64,000 nt of DNA from Candidatus Moraniibacteriota bacterium (GTDB lineage Bacteria; Patescibacteriota; Minisyncoccia; Moranbacterales; UBA1568). The position numbers and the translations under genes are program-made. How positions within the stretch are numbered: the first letter of the stretch is position 1; the number at the start of each line of letters is the position of its first letter. Below are positions 12,193-21,200 of the stretch, piece by piece. Where the stretch lies: NCBI GenBank assembly GCA_037201605.1, contig JBBCGM010000002.1, positions 144,697 to 208,696 on the forward strand. The letters run 5' to 3'. Under the pieces are notes generated by a model. The model had not been told where the DNA came from. It searched no databases and was given only the letters and a program-made list of their open reading frames with translations.

Positions 12193-13983
12193 TTAGAGAG
12201 TGCGCTTTTTCTCCTCTTCTTTGTAGATGATGAGCGTGTCGCCGACCGCTATCTTGATCGAGCCTTCGAAGACCACGCCGCACTCATTGCCCTGACCGAC
12301 TTCATCGACGTTCTGTTTGTTCTGCTGCAGATTCGCCATGCGTCCATGGCCCAGGGACTCTCCATCGCGCATGACCTCGATCATCGAGCCGCGCAAGAGC
12401 TTGCCTTCGGAAACGCGGCCGCCGACAATCATGTCGCGCTTGCCGGTCTTGAAAATAGCGAGCACGGAAAGCTTGCCCGAATCGGTCCGCACGATTTCAG
12501 GCGGCAGGAGTGTTGCCAGTTTGTCTTTGATAGCCTCGACGAGTTTGTAGATGATGTCATAGCGTTCGATCGTAACGCCGCTGGTCTCAGCCAGCCTTTT
12601 TGCCACGGGAGTCGGATCGGTATTAAAGCCCACGATAAGCGCATGCGCGCTTGCGGCCAGGCGTACGTCGCTTTCCGTGATGCTGCCGACGCCGGAGCCG
12701 AGCATTTCCAATTCGATTTCGTCGGATTGCAGGGTGTTCAAAATCTGCTCGACGGCTTCCAGCGATCCTGGACATCGGCTTTGAGCAGGAGCGAGAGTTT
12801 TCGGTGTTCTATTTCTACCCCTTCCTCTTCCTGGGACTTGATTTTGGCGACGCTGGCACGCGGAGCGTCCTTGAGAAGCGCTTCGCGGGATTTGGTGCGG
12901 GCCAAACCTTTGTCGCTTACGACTTGGATGATGTCGTTTACTTGGGGAGCGGCGCTGAAGCCGTAGAGGGGTAGCTGGTACGGAGGGGCCGGCGCTTTCA
13001 ATGGAGCGTCCGGTGAAGTCTTCGATACGGCGGATGCGGCCGAAAGTGCCGCCGGCGACAACGTCTTGGCCGATCTTCAATTCGCCGGTCCGTACCAATG
13101 CCGTAGCGACCGGACCCTTCTGGGGGTCAAGGTGGCTTTCGAGCACGACAGCCAGTCCGTCGCGCTTGGCGTCGGCGCGGAAGTCTTCGACCTCGGCAAG
13201 GAGCAGAATGCTTTCCAGCAGAGTATCGATATTGATGTTATTTTTGGCGCTGATCTCGACAGCGATCGTGTCTCCGCCCCAGCCTTCGAACAGAATGCCG
13301 TTCTCAGCCAGTTCTTGTTTGACGCGCGGGGCATCAGCATCGGGTTTATCGATTTTGTTGATAGCCACAATGACCGGCAGGCGCCGCTCCTTGATGTAGG
13401 CGATCACTTCCTTGGTCTGCGGCCGGACGCCGTCGTCAGCGGCCACTACCAGGATAGCGATGTCGGCAATCGAGAGGCCGCGCTTGCGCATAGCGGCAAA
13501 CGCTTCGTGGCCCGGGGTATCGAGAAAGGTAATGGCTTTTTTGTGGCGCTTCACTTGGTAGGCGCTCAAATGCTGGGTGATGCCGCCGGCCTCGCCCAAG
13601 GCGACGCTCGCCTTGCGGATAGTATCGAGCAGAGTCGTTTTGCCGTGGTCGACATGTCCTAGGATGGTCACGATCGGTGCGCGCGGTGCCAGGTTCTTGC
13701 CCGAGTTCTTTTCCTCGGCCAGAATTTTGCTGAGGCTCTCAGGAGTCAGGCTGCCGCTCGCATCGCTCTCCTGAATTTCTTCGGCTTCGAATCCCAGATC
13801 GGTAGCGATCACGCTTGCAGTTTCAAAATCGATTTCCTCGTTAATCGTCGCGAGAATCCCGTTTTTCATGAGTTCCGTGATGAGTGCCGGTACCGGGACA
13901 GCCAAAAGCTCCGCCAGTTTTTTGACGGTGACGGATGCGGGCAGGGCAATCGGTTTGAGTTCGGGAGCGGTTTCTTCTGGCAT
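12193..13983 (-). CDS. infB: Translation initiation factor IF-2 (short N-terminus; two compensating frame breaks ~12770 and ~12990)
   Basis: G-domain motifs [17 protein letters not shown] and NKID. The stretch between the two breaks is nonsense in the called frame, but reads as IF-2 ([16 protein letters not shown]…) in ORF 12738..13061. Confidence 0.9.
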   Translation of the reverse strand: MPEETAPELKPIALPASVTVKKLAELLAVPVPALITELMKNGILATINEEIDFETASVIATDLGFEAEEIQESDASGSLTPESLSKILAEEKNSGKNLAPRAPIVTILGHVDHGKTTLLDTIRKASVALGEAGGITQHLSAYQVKRHKKAITFLDTPGHEAFAAMRKRGLSIADIAILVVAADDGVRPQTKEVIAYIKERRLPVIVAINKIDKPDADAPRVKQELAENGILFEGWGGDTIAVEISAKNNINIDTLLESILLLAEVEDFRADAKRDGLAVVLESHLDPQKGPVATALVRTGELKIGQDVVAGGTFGRIRRIEDFTGRSIESAGPSVPATPLRLQRRSPSKRHHPSRKRQRFGPHQIPRSASQGRSACQRRQNQVPGRGRGRNRTPKTLAPAQSRCPGSLEAVEQILNTLQSDEIELEMLGSGVGSITESDVRLAASAHALIVGFNTDPTPVAKRLAETSGVTIERYDIIYKLVEAIKDKLATLLPPEIVRTDSGKLSVLAIFKTGKRDMIVGGRVSEGKLLRGSMIEVMRDGESLGHGRMANLQQNKQNVDEVGQGNECGVVFEGSIKIAVGDTLIIYKEEEKKRTL

Positions 13984-13988
13984 GATTT

Positions 13989-14541
13989 TTATACTTTGGC
14001 TTTAGGCTTGCCGTTTATGGCGTGGCTAATGGTTTCGCGTTCTTCGTCCGTAAAGGGGAAGCCATCCGGCTCACCTACGGTAACGGGTTTGGCGTAGACG
14101 CGGGTGCCTTCGCGGGTGTGGAGCGAGGGAAAACACCAGTCCCGAGTTCTTGCCGTCGAGGAGCGCAACAGAGAAGCTTTGGTTTCCGCCCACTTCCTTA
14201 AAGGGGTTGAAGCGCAGAACGCTCGTCTTGTGGACGCTTTTCAGTACCAGTTCGCGCAGCCGGTTGGAAATCTCGTAGAGTTCCTGGATTTCAGTATCAA
14301 GGGCCCGCGTTTCCTTGAGCTGCTCGGTCAGCACTTTTTCCAGGTCTTTGGCATCTTTGCCTGAGAAGAAGATAGCCAGTTTCTTCTGGGTGGCGCGCTG
14401 TTTGAGCCCCAGGATAATCAGGAAAATGAGGAGGAGAAGCTCCAAAATGAGCACGCCGGCCAGTATTCCATAGAAAAGAACCGGAGAAAGCGGTGGCAGA
14501 AAGGCGAGCATAAGGGGCAAATTCGCAGGTCTTATGCTCAC
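13989..14541 (-). CDS. DUF4446-like membrane-anchored protein (frame break ~14130)
   Basis: N-terminal TM, coiled-coil, then RFNPFKEVGGNQSFSVALLD. The corrected tail SLHTREGTRVYAKPV… ends at 13989. Confidence 0.5.
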
Positions 14542-14545
14542 CGTA

Positions 14546-14929
14546 TCACGATAAAAGCGTTTTGTAAAGCAAAAAAGGCATTTTCAGCCGCCTTTTCTCA
14601 TTTGGCGGAATTACGTAATTAATTACATAATTCGCTTGTTGGCGGGGATTTTTTCGAGATCCTCCGCGGTAAGGGACGCAGATAGGCAAAGCGAGGACCT
14701 TGTCGGTGACTTCTTCTAAGAAAACGCTCTGTTTGCGCACCCAGACATCATAATCCCCGTAGAGATGCTGATACACAACGACGTCTTCCAGCGTCGCTTC
14801 GTCTCGTCCCAGGCAGATCACCCGGAACTCCTCTCCCTTGTAATGGCGATAGATTCCCAGCTGCATACAGGCAGTATAGCGCATTTTGGCTTGCCGAGAG
14901 CGGCAAATTCGCGTATACAAAGAGGGCAA
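14546..14929 (-). CDS. DUF1653-like small protein (true start probably the MQLGIYRHYKG Met; the 3' part may be out of frame)
   Basis: GIYRHYKGEEFRVICLGRDEATLEDVVVYQHLYGDYDVWVRKQSVFLEEV matches the DUF1653 pattern as I remember it. Confidence 0.45.
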   Translation of the reverse strand: MPSLYTRICRSRQAKMRYTACMQLGIYRHYKGEEFRVICLGRDEATLEDVVVYQHLYGDYDVWVRKQSVFLEEVTDKVLALPICVPYRGGSRKNPRQQANYVINYVIPPNEKRRLKMPFLLYKTLLS

Positions 14930-14937
14930 TTAAGAAC

Positions 14938-15024
14938 GGAGAAGTGGCCGAGTGGTTGAAGGCACCGCTCTCGAAAAGCGGCATACCCGAAAGGGTATCG
15001 TGAGTTCGAATCTCACCTTCTCCG
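14938..15024 (+). tRNA. tRNA-Ser (anticodon CGA)
   Basis: Acceptor GGAGAAG/CTTCTCC, anticodon stem CCGCT/AGCGG with loop CTCGAAA, long variable arm, T-arm GTGAG-TTCGAAT-CTCAC. Confidence 0.9.
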
Positions 15025-15036
15025 CAGCAACAAAGT

Positions 15037-15065
15037 CCTAGTGCCCTTGCGGTACTAGGCTTTTT
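15037..15065 (+). terminator. Rho-independent terminator after tRNA-Ser
   Basis: Hairpin CCTAGT…ACTAGG followed by CTTTTT. Confidence 0.6.
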
Positions 15066-15104
15066 GAAGGCTAAAAAGGCTTTAGAATAGGCGTATTTTG
15101 ACTA

Positions 15105-15133
15105 TTGACTTTTATCCTTAAAAGGTGTATAAT
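15105..15133 (+). promoter_or_regulatory. Sigma70-type promoter for the DGR target gene
   Basis: TTGACT (15105-15110), a 17-nt spacer, then TATAAT (15128-15133). Confidence 0.65.
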
Positions 15134-15268
15134 AGACCGTTGAACATTAACAATTTCATCACCACAGCTTTTGGGATATCTGCCCTAAGGTAAGCCCAAA
15201 CGCTGTGGTGAAAACCAGAGTCCAGTTTCTCCGGGTGAGGGGATAATTCTAGTGGGCACAGAAGCCCA

Positions 15269-15871
15269 ATGGAGCACATCATGACCAATTTCGCATCAAA
15301 AGATCTGACTGCTGGTGAACTGAACGCTCTGGTCAAGAAGGCTGGTGGCGACGAGAAGGTTCGCAAGTACTTTCCGGTGAGCTCAAGATTCAGCTCCTGT
15401 CGACTACGGCCGAAGCGATCGTGGTTCCGGAATCTGTCGATCAGTTCCTGACCGTCGACCCCGGCCTCGCCTTTGCCGAACGCATCATGCGCGGCAACTA
15501 CGGCTGGCGCAACAGCGATCTCACCGAGAAGCGATTCCCGGTGACGGCCGAACAGGTCGGCGACTGGGAGTGGAAGCTCTTCCACTTCGATCGCGACATC
15601 TCTTCCGAAGAAGCCATCCGGCTGATGAAGGAAGACGGCTACGACGCGGGCCAGATCGGCCACATCCTCACCTTCGGGGAGAAATACCCCGAGGAACAGC
15701 GGAAGTTCCCGATCATCGGTCTCGGCTCGGTCGCCAAGGTCAGCCTGAACCGTGATGTCCCGGGACTGTGGCACGACCTATGGCAAGCGTAAGCTGGGCC
15801 TCAATTGGTTCGGCAGTGACTGGATTCGGTACTACCGTTTCCTCGGCGTTCGCCGGCGCTCGGTCGCTTGA
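15269..15871 (+). CDS. DGR variable (target) protein; the VR encodes its C-terminus (frame breaks ~15370 and at 15777-15778)
   Basis: Pieces 15269..15451 and 15421..15792 join, and the frame-2 tail GKRKLGLNWFGSDWIRYYRFLGVRRRSVA* ends at 15871. The TR reads through the same region in one frame. AAY codons in the TR map to the varied codons. Confidence 0.75.
15725..15854 (+). repeat. DGR variable repeat (VR)
   Basis: Aligns to 16205-16334. There are 11 substitutions, all opposite TR adenines (a>g x7, a>t x3, a>c x1), and none at the 98 non-A positions. There is one extra C at 15777-15778. The last 13 nt (CTCGGCGTTCGCC) are identical and G/C-rich (IMH-like). Confidence 0.9.
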
Positions 15872-15928
15872 GCCTCGGCTCTCTGGTCTTGGGTCCTCGA
15901 ACCCTTTGACCCTTCGGTTTGAATGTTA

Positions 15929-15963
15929 CCCCCTCTTGCAGCGCAGGAGGGGGGATTTTTTTT
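15929..15963 (+). terminator. Rho-independent terminator / GC hairpin downstream of the VR
   Basis: CCCCCTC-TTGCAGCGCAG-GAGGGGG followed by ATTTTTTTT. An extended -10 (TGcTATAAT, 15963-15971) follows immediately. Confidence 0.7.
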
Positions 15964-16204
15964 GCTATAATATACACATCAACAAAGCAGTCTTATGGCT
16001 ACGGCTTAAGACATGTTGGTCGCAAACAAACAGATCAGAATGACAGTGGTCACGATTGCTGTTAGCGTATCGTTTTGATTGTCTCCAAAAAAGACAGAGT
16101 TGGTATCTCTTTCTCACGACTTATGTCGTACAAGATATACAGGTAGGAGAGTGTTTTCTAGAAACTTCAAATACTAGTGCAATAGACGGGAAGAGATACA
16201 AGGT

Positions 16205-16334
16205 GCTCGGTCGCCAAGGTCAACCTGAACCGTAATGTCCCGGAACTGTGGAACGACAATGGCAAGCGTAAGCTGAACCTCAATTGGTTCGACAATGACT
16301 GGAATCGGAACTACCGTTTCCCTCGGCGTTCGCC
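16205..16334 (+). repeat. DGR template repeat (TR)
   Basis: The invariant partner of the VR, with 32 adenines of which 11 are substituted in the VR. It reads as …NLNRNVPELWNDNGKRKLNLNWFDNDWNRNYRF, rich in Asn AAY codons. Confidence 0.9.
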
Positions 16335-16338
16335 ACTC

Positions 16339-16738
16339 TCACTTTTCTCCTTTCTTAATGGAAGGAGTTTTTTGTATCTGTTGGCGTTTCCAGGCTCCGA
16401 GCATACGACCCACTTCTTCCAACGTATTGCTAATATGTGTGTACTTTTTTGTATCGAGAAATTTAGATTCCCAAGCCAGGAGTAAAAGAATTTAATAAGG
16501 TCTACTCGAGAGATTGCCCGATCAATGAGGATGATCTTTTCGGATTTCTGAGAGTAGCTTGCTAGAAAACTATATTCAATGGCATTGAGACAAGTGTCAT
16601 CAATCTTTTCCCTAGAGTATGACGAGCCTGTTTGCTAAAATGTGGAAGATAGCCCTGCCAAATACCGTAAACATCTTTCAACTTTAATACCACTGGTACT
16701 AAATTTGTTTGGGAAAACTGCGGGGGGGGGGTAGCCAT
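16339..16738 (-). CDS. avd: Avd-like accessory variability determinant (four-helix-bundle / 23S-rRNA-IVS protein family), two frame breaks
   Basis: Reconstructed sequence: MATPPPQFSQTNLVPVVLKLKDVYGIWQGYLPHFSKQARHTLGKR|IDDTCLNAIEYSFLASYSQKSEKIILIDRAISRVDLIK|LLLLAWESKFLDTKKYTHISNTLEEVGRMLGAWKRQQ…*. The HFxKxxRxTLGxR and LEEVGRMLGxW motifs are Avd-like. The stop codon is the complement of 16339-16341. Confidence 0.7.
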
Positions 16739-16744
16739 AAAGGA

Positions 16745-17759
16745 ATGAATCAAAGAAAAAATAAAAAATTTACGGATAGCTACAATAAAATCATATCCAT
16801 TGAAAATCTCCTCGATGCTTGGAAGAGTTTCAACGAGGCAAGAAAAGGAAGAAGGATGTCCAACTGTTTGAGTATGGTTTACTCGATAATCTCTTAAATC
16901 TTCAGAGGATTTAGAAAATAAAACCTATACGCACGGAGGATATAAAGCGTTCAAAGTAAATGACCCGAAGCCAAGAGATATTCATAAGGCCAGCGTGAAG
17001 GATAGGGTGCTCCATCACGCCCTTTATCAAGTTTTGGCACCTTTTTATTTTCCGCTCTTTATTTCAGATTCCTATTCTTGTCAAGATAAGAAGGGTACTC
17101 ATAAGGCTTTGAAAGGTTTCAAAAGTTGGAGATAGGGTTCAAAAAATCACACGAAACAGTGCTATGTTCTCAAATGTGATATCAAAAAGTTCTTTGCCAG
17201 TATTGACCAAGATATTCTTATAGAAATTCTAAAAGAGAGAATAGTAGATGAAGATGTTTTGTGGTTATTACAGAGAGTCATTGAGAGCTTTTACTCTACT
17301 AAAAAACGAAAGGGTTTGCCTTTGGGGAATCTCACTTCCCAACTTTTGGTAAATATTTATATGCACGAGTTTGACCAATATATGAAGCAAGAATTGAGAA
17401 TAAAGCACTATATCCGCTATGCAGACGATTTTGTTATTTTTGGAGAGAACGAAGAGTATCTAGTAAAGGTTCTACAGAACATCAAAGACTTTTTGAGGGA
17501 AAAATTACAGTTGGAACTCCACCCGTACAAAGTGTCTATTGAGACCTTGGCAAGCGGAGTAGATTTCTTAGGTTGGGTACACTTCTCAAGACATAGAGTT
17601 ATCAGAACTACCACTAAGAAAAGAATGGTACGGAACCTCAAGAGAAAGTTGGGAAGTGAAGGGTATGAAGCAACAAGAGAATCTTATTTGGGTATGTTAA
17701 GGCATGGGAATGCTTATGAGCTACAAGTGAAAATTGAGAAATTTAATTCAGAACACTGA
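16745..17759 (+). CDS. DGR-type reverse transcriptase (two frame breaks plus an in-frame TAG at 17133-17135)
   Basis: MNQRKNKKFTDSYNKIISIENLLDAWKSFNEARKG…, YKAFKVNDPKPRDIHKASVKDRVLHHALYQVL, CYVLKCDIKKFFASIDQDIL, GLPLGNLTSQLLVNIYMHEFD, IRYADDFVIF and GVDFLGW correspond to RT motifs 1-7, including the DGR-specific SQ signature. Confidence 0.85.
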
Positions 17760-17792
17760 GCCGAATCAGGTTAGAAATGGTTATAGGAGGGC

Positions 17793-17906
17793 GTAACTCT
17801 TATCACTTTTTAGCCTGCACGAGACACGTCGAACAGAGTCTTGAAAATGCGCCAACTTTCCTTAATTGTTTTGATCCCTGAAGGTTCTAAATTGAGCCGG
17901 TCTGCC
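17793..17906 (+). repeat. 114-nt repeat element, copy A
   Basis: GTAACTCTTATCACTTTTTAGCCTGCACGAGAC… aligns without gaps to 26997-27110. The core CACTTTTTAGCCTGCACGAGAC is identical, and the remainder has scattered substitutions. Confidence 0.8.
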
Positions 17907-18208
17907 ATTTAATAAAAACTTAGAAATAGGGTATAATAAAAAAGAATGATTCTTTCTATATCTTATTTTTTAAAATATAGAATTTTCATTTAAAAATACA
18001 AAAATACAAAAAACATAGAAAGAGTATAAAATCTTTTCGTGTAATCCTACCGTATTGAATTCTGCCTCTTCATAAAAATGAAAAGGCTATCGAACGGATT
18101 GAGAGGGAAAAGCGTTACCAGAACGGCTTATCCCAGAATATTTTTTTGTATATATTCTGGAGACATTTTTCTAATGTCGGCCAAATCAGTAGCACTTTCA
18201 TGCCCCTC

Positions 18209-21200
18209 ATGAACAAGTCTCTGCAAACTAATATCTCTTGGGAATAAGCGCATTTATATTTGTGATTTTTTTGGCGTATATACCCGCTTCAGTCCTTGCT
18301 ATTGTCTATGAGCCAGGAGAAACACTTGAGCCGGACTGTACTCCTACAGCTGATGAATGTACCGTCGCAACTTCTGCCGGTAGTATTTCTATAAATGGCG
18401 AATCTGCACAAGCCTTTACTTTTAGCGCCGGTACTACAGGTTTGGACTTTGCAATTGCTGTTTCGAGTGATGCATTGACTTTCAACTTGCCTACTGCTTC
18501 AAGTACCGCTCGCGGCCTTGTCTCGACTGGAACTCAGACATTTGCTGGCGACAAAACCTTCACCGGGTGCAACGACGCTAGCGGCTACCACAGTTTCTGC
18601 CCTTACTATTGGAAGTGATTCCATCGCTGAGTATGTCGCTGATACCGTTGGCCTTATGACTGCCGGTAATACTGAAAGTCTGGTCAGCGTCGTGTATAAC
18701 GATAGTGATAATAAGCTCACTTTCGTTGTGGACAATGACCTTGCTCATTATTCTAACGCTACCAGTGGCTTCATTACTCTGCTTCGCTTTCGGAAACCAT
18801 TACTGGACTTGATTACAACAATACGACTGGTACGTTTTCACTCGCAAGCGGTTATGTGCTTCCTACTACTGCTTCGATCACCGAATGGGATGCGGCAGCT
18901 GATCAGTCACATGTACCACTTACTCTTGGCACTGCAGTGGTCTTTCAATCAATGGTTCCCAGGGTGCTGTCTTTGGGTCTGGCAAGCGGGGGTGTTACGG
19001 GTGCGCTTTCTGGTACTGATTGGAGTACCTTTAACAATAAGGAAAACAGTTTGACTTTTACGGGTAACGGAATTTCAGCAGAAGCGGCGATACTATTACC
19101 GTCACGACATGCTCCGATGGAGAAGTGCTTAAATTTAGCGGCTCATCGTGGTCGTGTGCGGAGACGAAAATACGGACACTAATACGCTCTATGCGGCAGG
19201 GCGGGAATTTCTCTTGCGAGTGACACATTTTCATTCAGCCCGAGTAGCTTGTTGTCAGTCGGTGGAATATCTGGCAGTGATGAAATTATTGTATCGGACA
19301 GCGGTACCCCGAAGCGCATCACCTACGACAATTTGTTTGGGAATGTTCTTGGTTCTCTTAATTACCAAGGTACTTGGAATGCAAATACTGATACGCCTTC
19401 TTTGAGTGGAGCCTGTTCTTCGGGGAGTAAGGGGCATTATTATGTAGTGGAAGTGACAGGAAGCACTGATCTTGATGGTAATGACACATGGAACATCGGG
19501 GACTGGGCAGTCTGTAACGGTTCTGGATGGCAGCGCGTACAAACTGCAAGCGGCGTCTCAAGTGTCTTTGGTCGCGGAGGTGCGGTGACTGCACAAAGTG
19601 GTGACTACAGCGCTAATCTCATTACCAATGCGACCTCAGGATCAATATCTTCGGCGACCGTACAGGAGGCGATCAATGAACTTGATAGCGAAAATTGAGT
19701 GCAGCTCTTACAAGCGGAAGAATTCTTGTGGGTAATTCATCTAACATTGCGACGGCCGTTTCTCTTTCAGGGGATGCAGCTATCAGTAATACGGGCGTAC
19801 TCACGATTGCTGCCAATGCTATCACGACGGGCAAAATAAATGATCTTGCGGTTACAAATGGAAAGCTTGCGGGGGACGCGGTGAATTCAAGTAAAATAGC
19901 AGATGGCAGTATTGTGAATGCGGACGTGAATGCAAGTGCTGGCATCGCACTTTCAAAGCTTGCGGATGGTACAAATATTGTTACCTCATTGGGCACCCCT
20001 TCAGGATCAAACTCAAATGGTGGATCTATCTCATCAAATGTCCTTACGCTCTCTCTCGCAAATACAAGCAACTCGGGCCTTGTGTCACCGGGTACCAGAC
20101 GTTTGGTGGAGCAAAGACCTTTACGAATGCCATTGCTGCCCCCACTACTTCAAATACCATTAATGGTCTGATAATAAACTCTGGGGCTATGAGTGGAGCC
20201 ACAGGGCTCACTTCTTCTGGCACCATTACATTTTCAGATCTCCCAAACGGTTTGGTAAGTGCCTCTTCTGGAGTTCTGGTAGGTGGCGCAACTATCAATA
20301 ATTCAAATTGGTCTGGTACTGATTTAGCAGTAGCAAATGGTGGTACAGGAGTATCGACACTCACGACTAATGGAATCTTGTATGGCAACGGCTCATCGGC
20401 TTTGCAAGTAACGAGCGCGGGTACTTCTGGACAGTTACTGGTTGCAAACGTTTCAGGTATACCTACATTTGTCAGCGCAAGCGGTGATGCTACGCTTGGC
20501 AGTGATGGTACCTTTACCCTTACGAATAACGCGGTGACAAGTGATACGATCGAGAACGGGAGTATCACCTTTGCTGATTTGGCAAGCAACGATTGTAGTG
20601 AAAATCAAATTATGCAGTATAACGGTACAGCCTGGGTCTGTGCCGACATTCCAACAGGTACCGCTTCTGAGGCATGGTTAACAACTGATGGAGAGATACC
20701 CGATTCTATTGAAGATGACATTTATACCAATGGTAACGTAGGTATTGGTACTGATAATCCAGAATTCAAGCTCGAAATTGACAGTGGAGTAGAGGGTCTC
20801 AGCGGTGTTCGCATTACTCAGCTCAATAGCTTGAGTACAACTTCTGCGGGCGCACCGCTTGGCGTGGATGCTAGTGGAATGCTCGTTGTATTAAGTACGG
20901 AGACAACGCTAATGTTCCGTCGGTGGTCGTCTTGGATAACACTATAGGAAATTCTGCATCTGTCACCCAGGCCGGCCGCTATATTGTGCCGCCTGATAAT
21001 CTTAGTGGAGACGTTTGTCGGTCATGCGGATGAATATGCTGACTATGATGGAACCAGCTTTACATTTACCAGTCCCAATACGGGCGATAAGGCGTTAGTT
21101 ACTATTGGGAGTAATGCTGGGAATTTGTATACTTTTAGCGACGAAGGTTGGGGACGCTTACAGGGACAAGTGCCGGAAGCGATGAAACAAACTCGCAGCT

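Larger units (their letters stand above)
15105..17759 (+). mobile_element. Diversity-generating retroelement (target/VR - TR - avd - RT)
   Basis: A 130-nt VR/TR pair differs only at TR adenines (plus two homopolymer indels). An Avd-like four-helix-bundle gene and an RT with the DGR-type GNLTSQ and YADD motifs are adjacent. Confidence 0.9.

Noticed and set aside
15118-15774. 218-aa minus-strand ORF overlapping the DGR target gene
   Set aside because: It is antisense to a gene with a promoter, a coding-consistent VR/TR codon pattern and a sensible protein sequence. Its own translation is low-complexity (Arg/Gly/Pro-rich), as is typical of GC-rich antisense frames.
15872-16204. A second small gene or an additional TR in the VR-TR spacer
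   Set aside because: ORF 15768..16043 is an out-of-frame read-through of the VR tail. No further similarity to the VR/TR was found, and only small local hairpins are present.
16745-17759. The RT as a group II intron maturase or a retron RT
   Set aside because: No intron 5' GUGYG, domain V/VI features or maturase X/En domains were seen. An adenine-specific TR/VR pair, an Avd-like gene and the GNLTSQ motif point to a DGR.
17793-17906. The 114-nt repeat as a tRNA or tmRNA fragment, or as a structured ncRNA
   Set aside because: I could not build a cloverleaf. The one clear stem in copy B (AAGGAGA…TCTCCTT) is not maintained by compensatory changes in copy A. It is kept as an unexplained repeat rather than an RNA gene.
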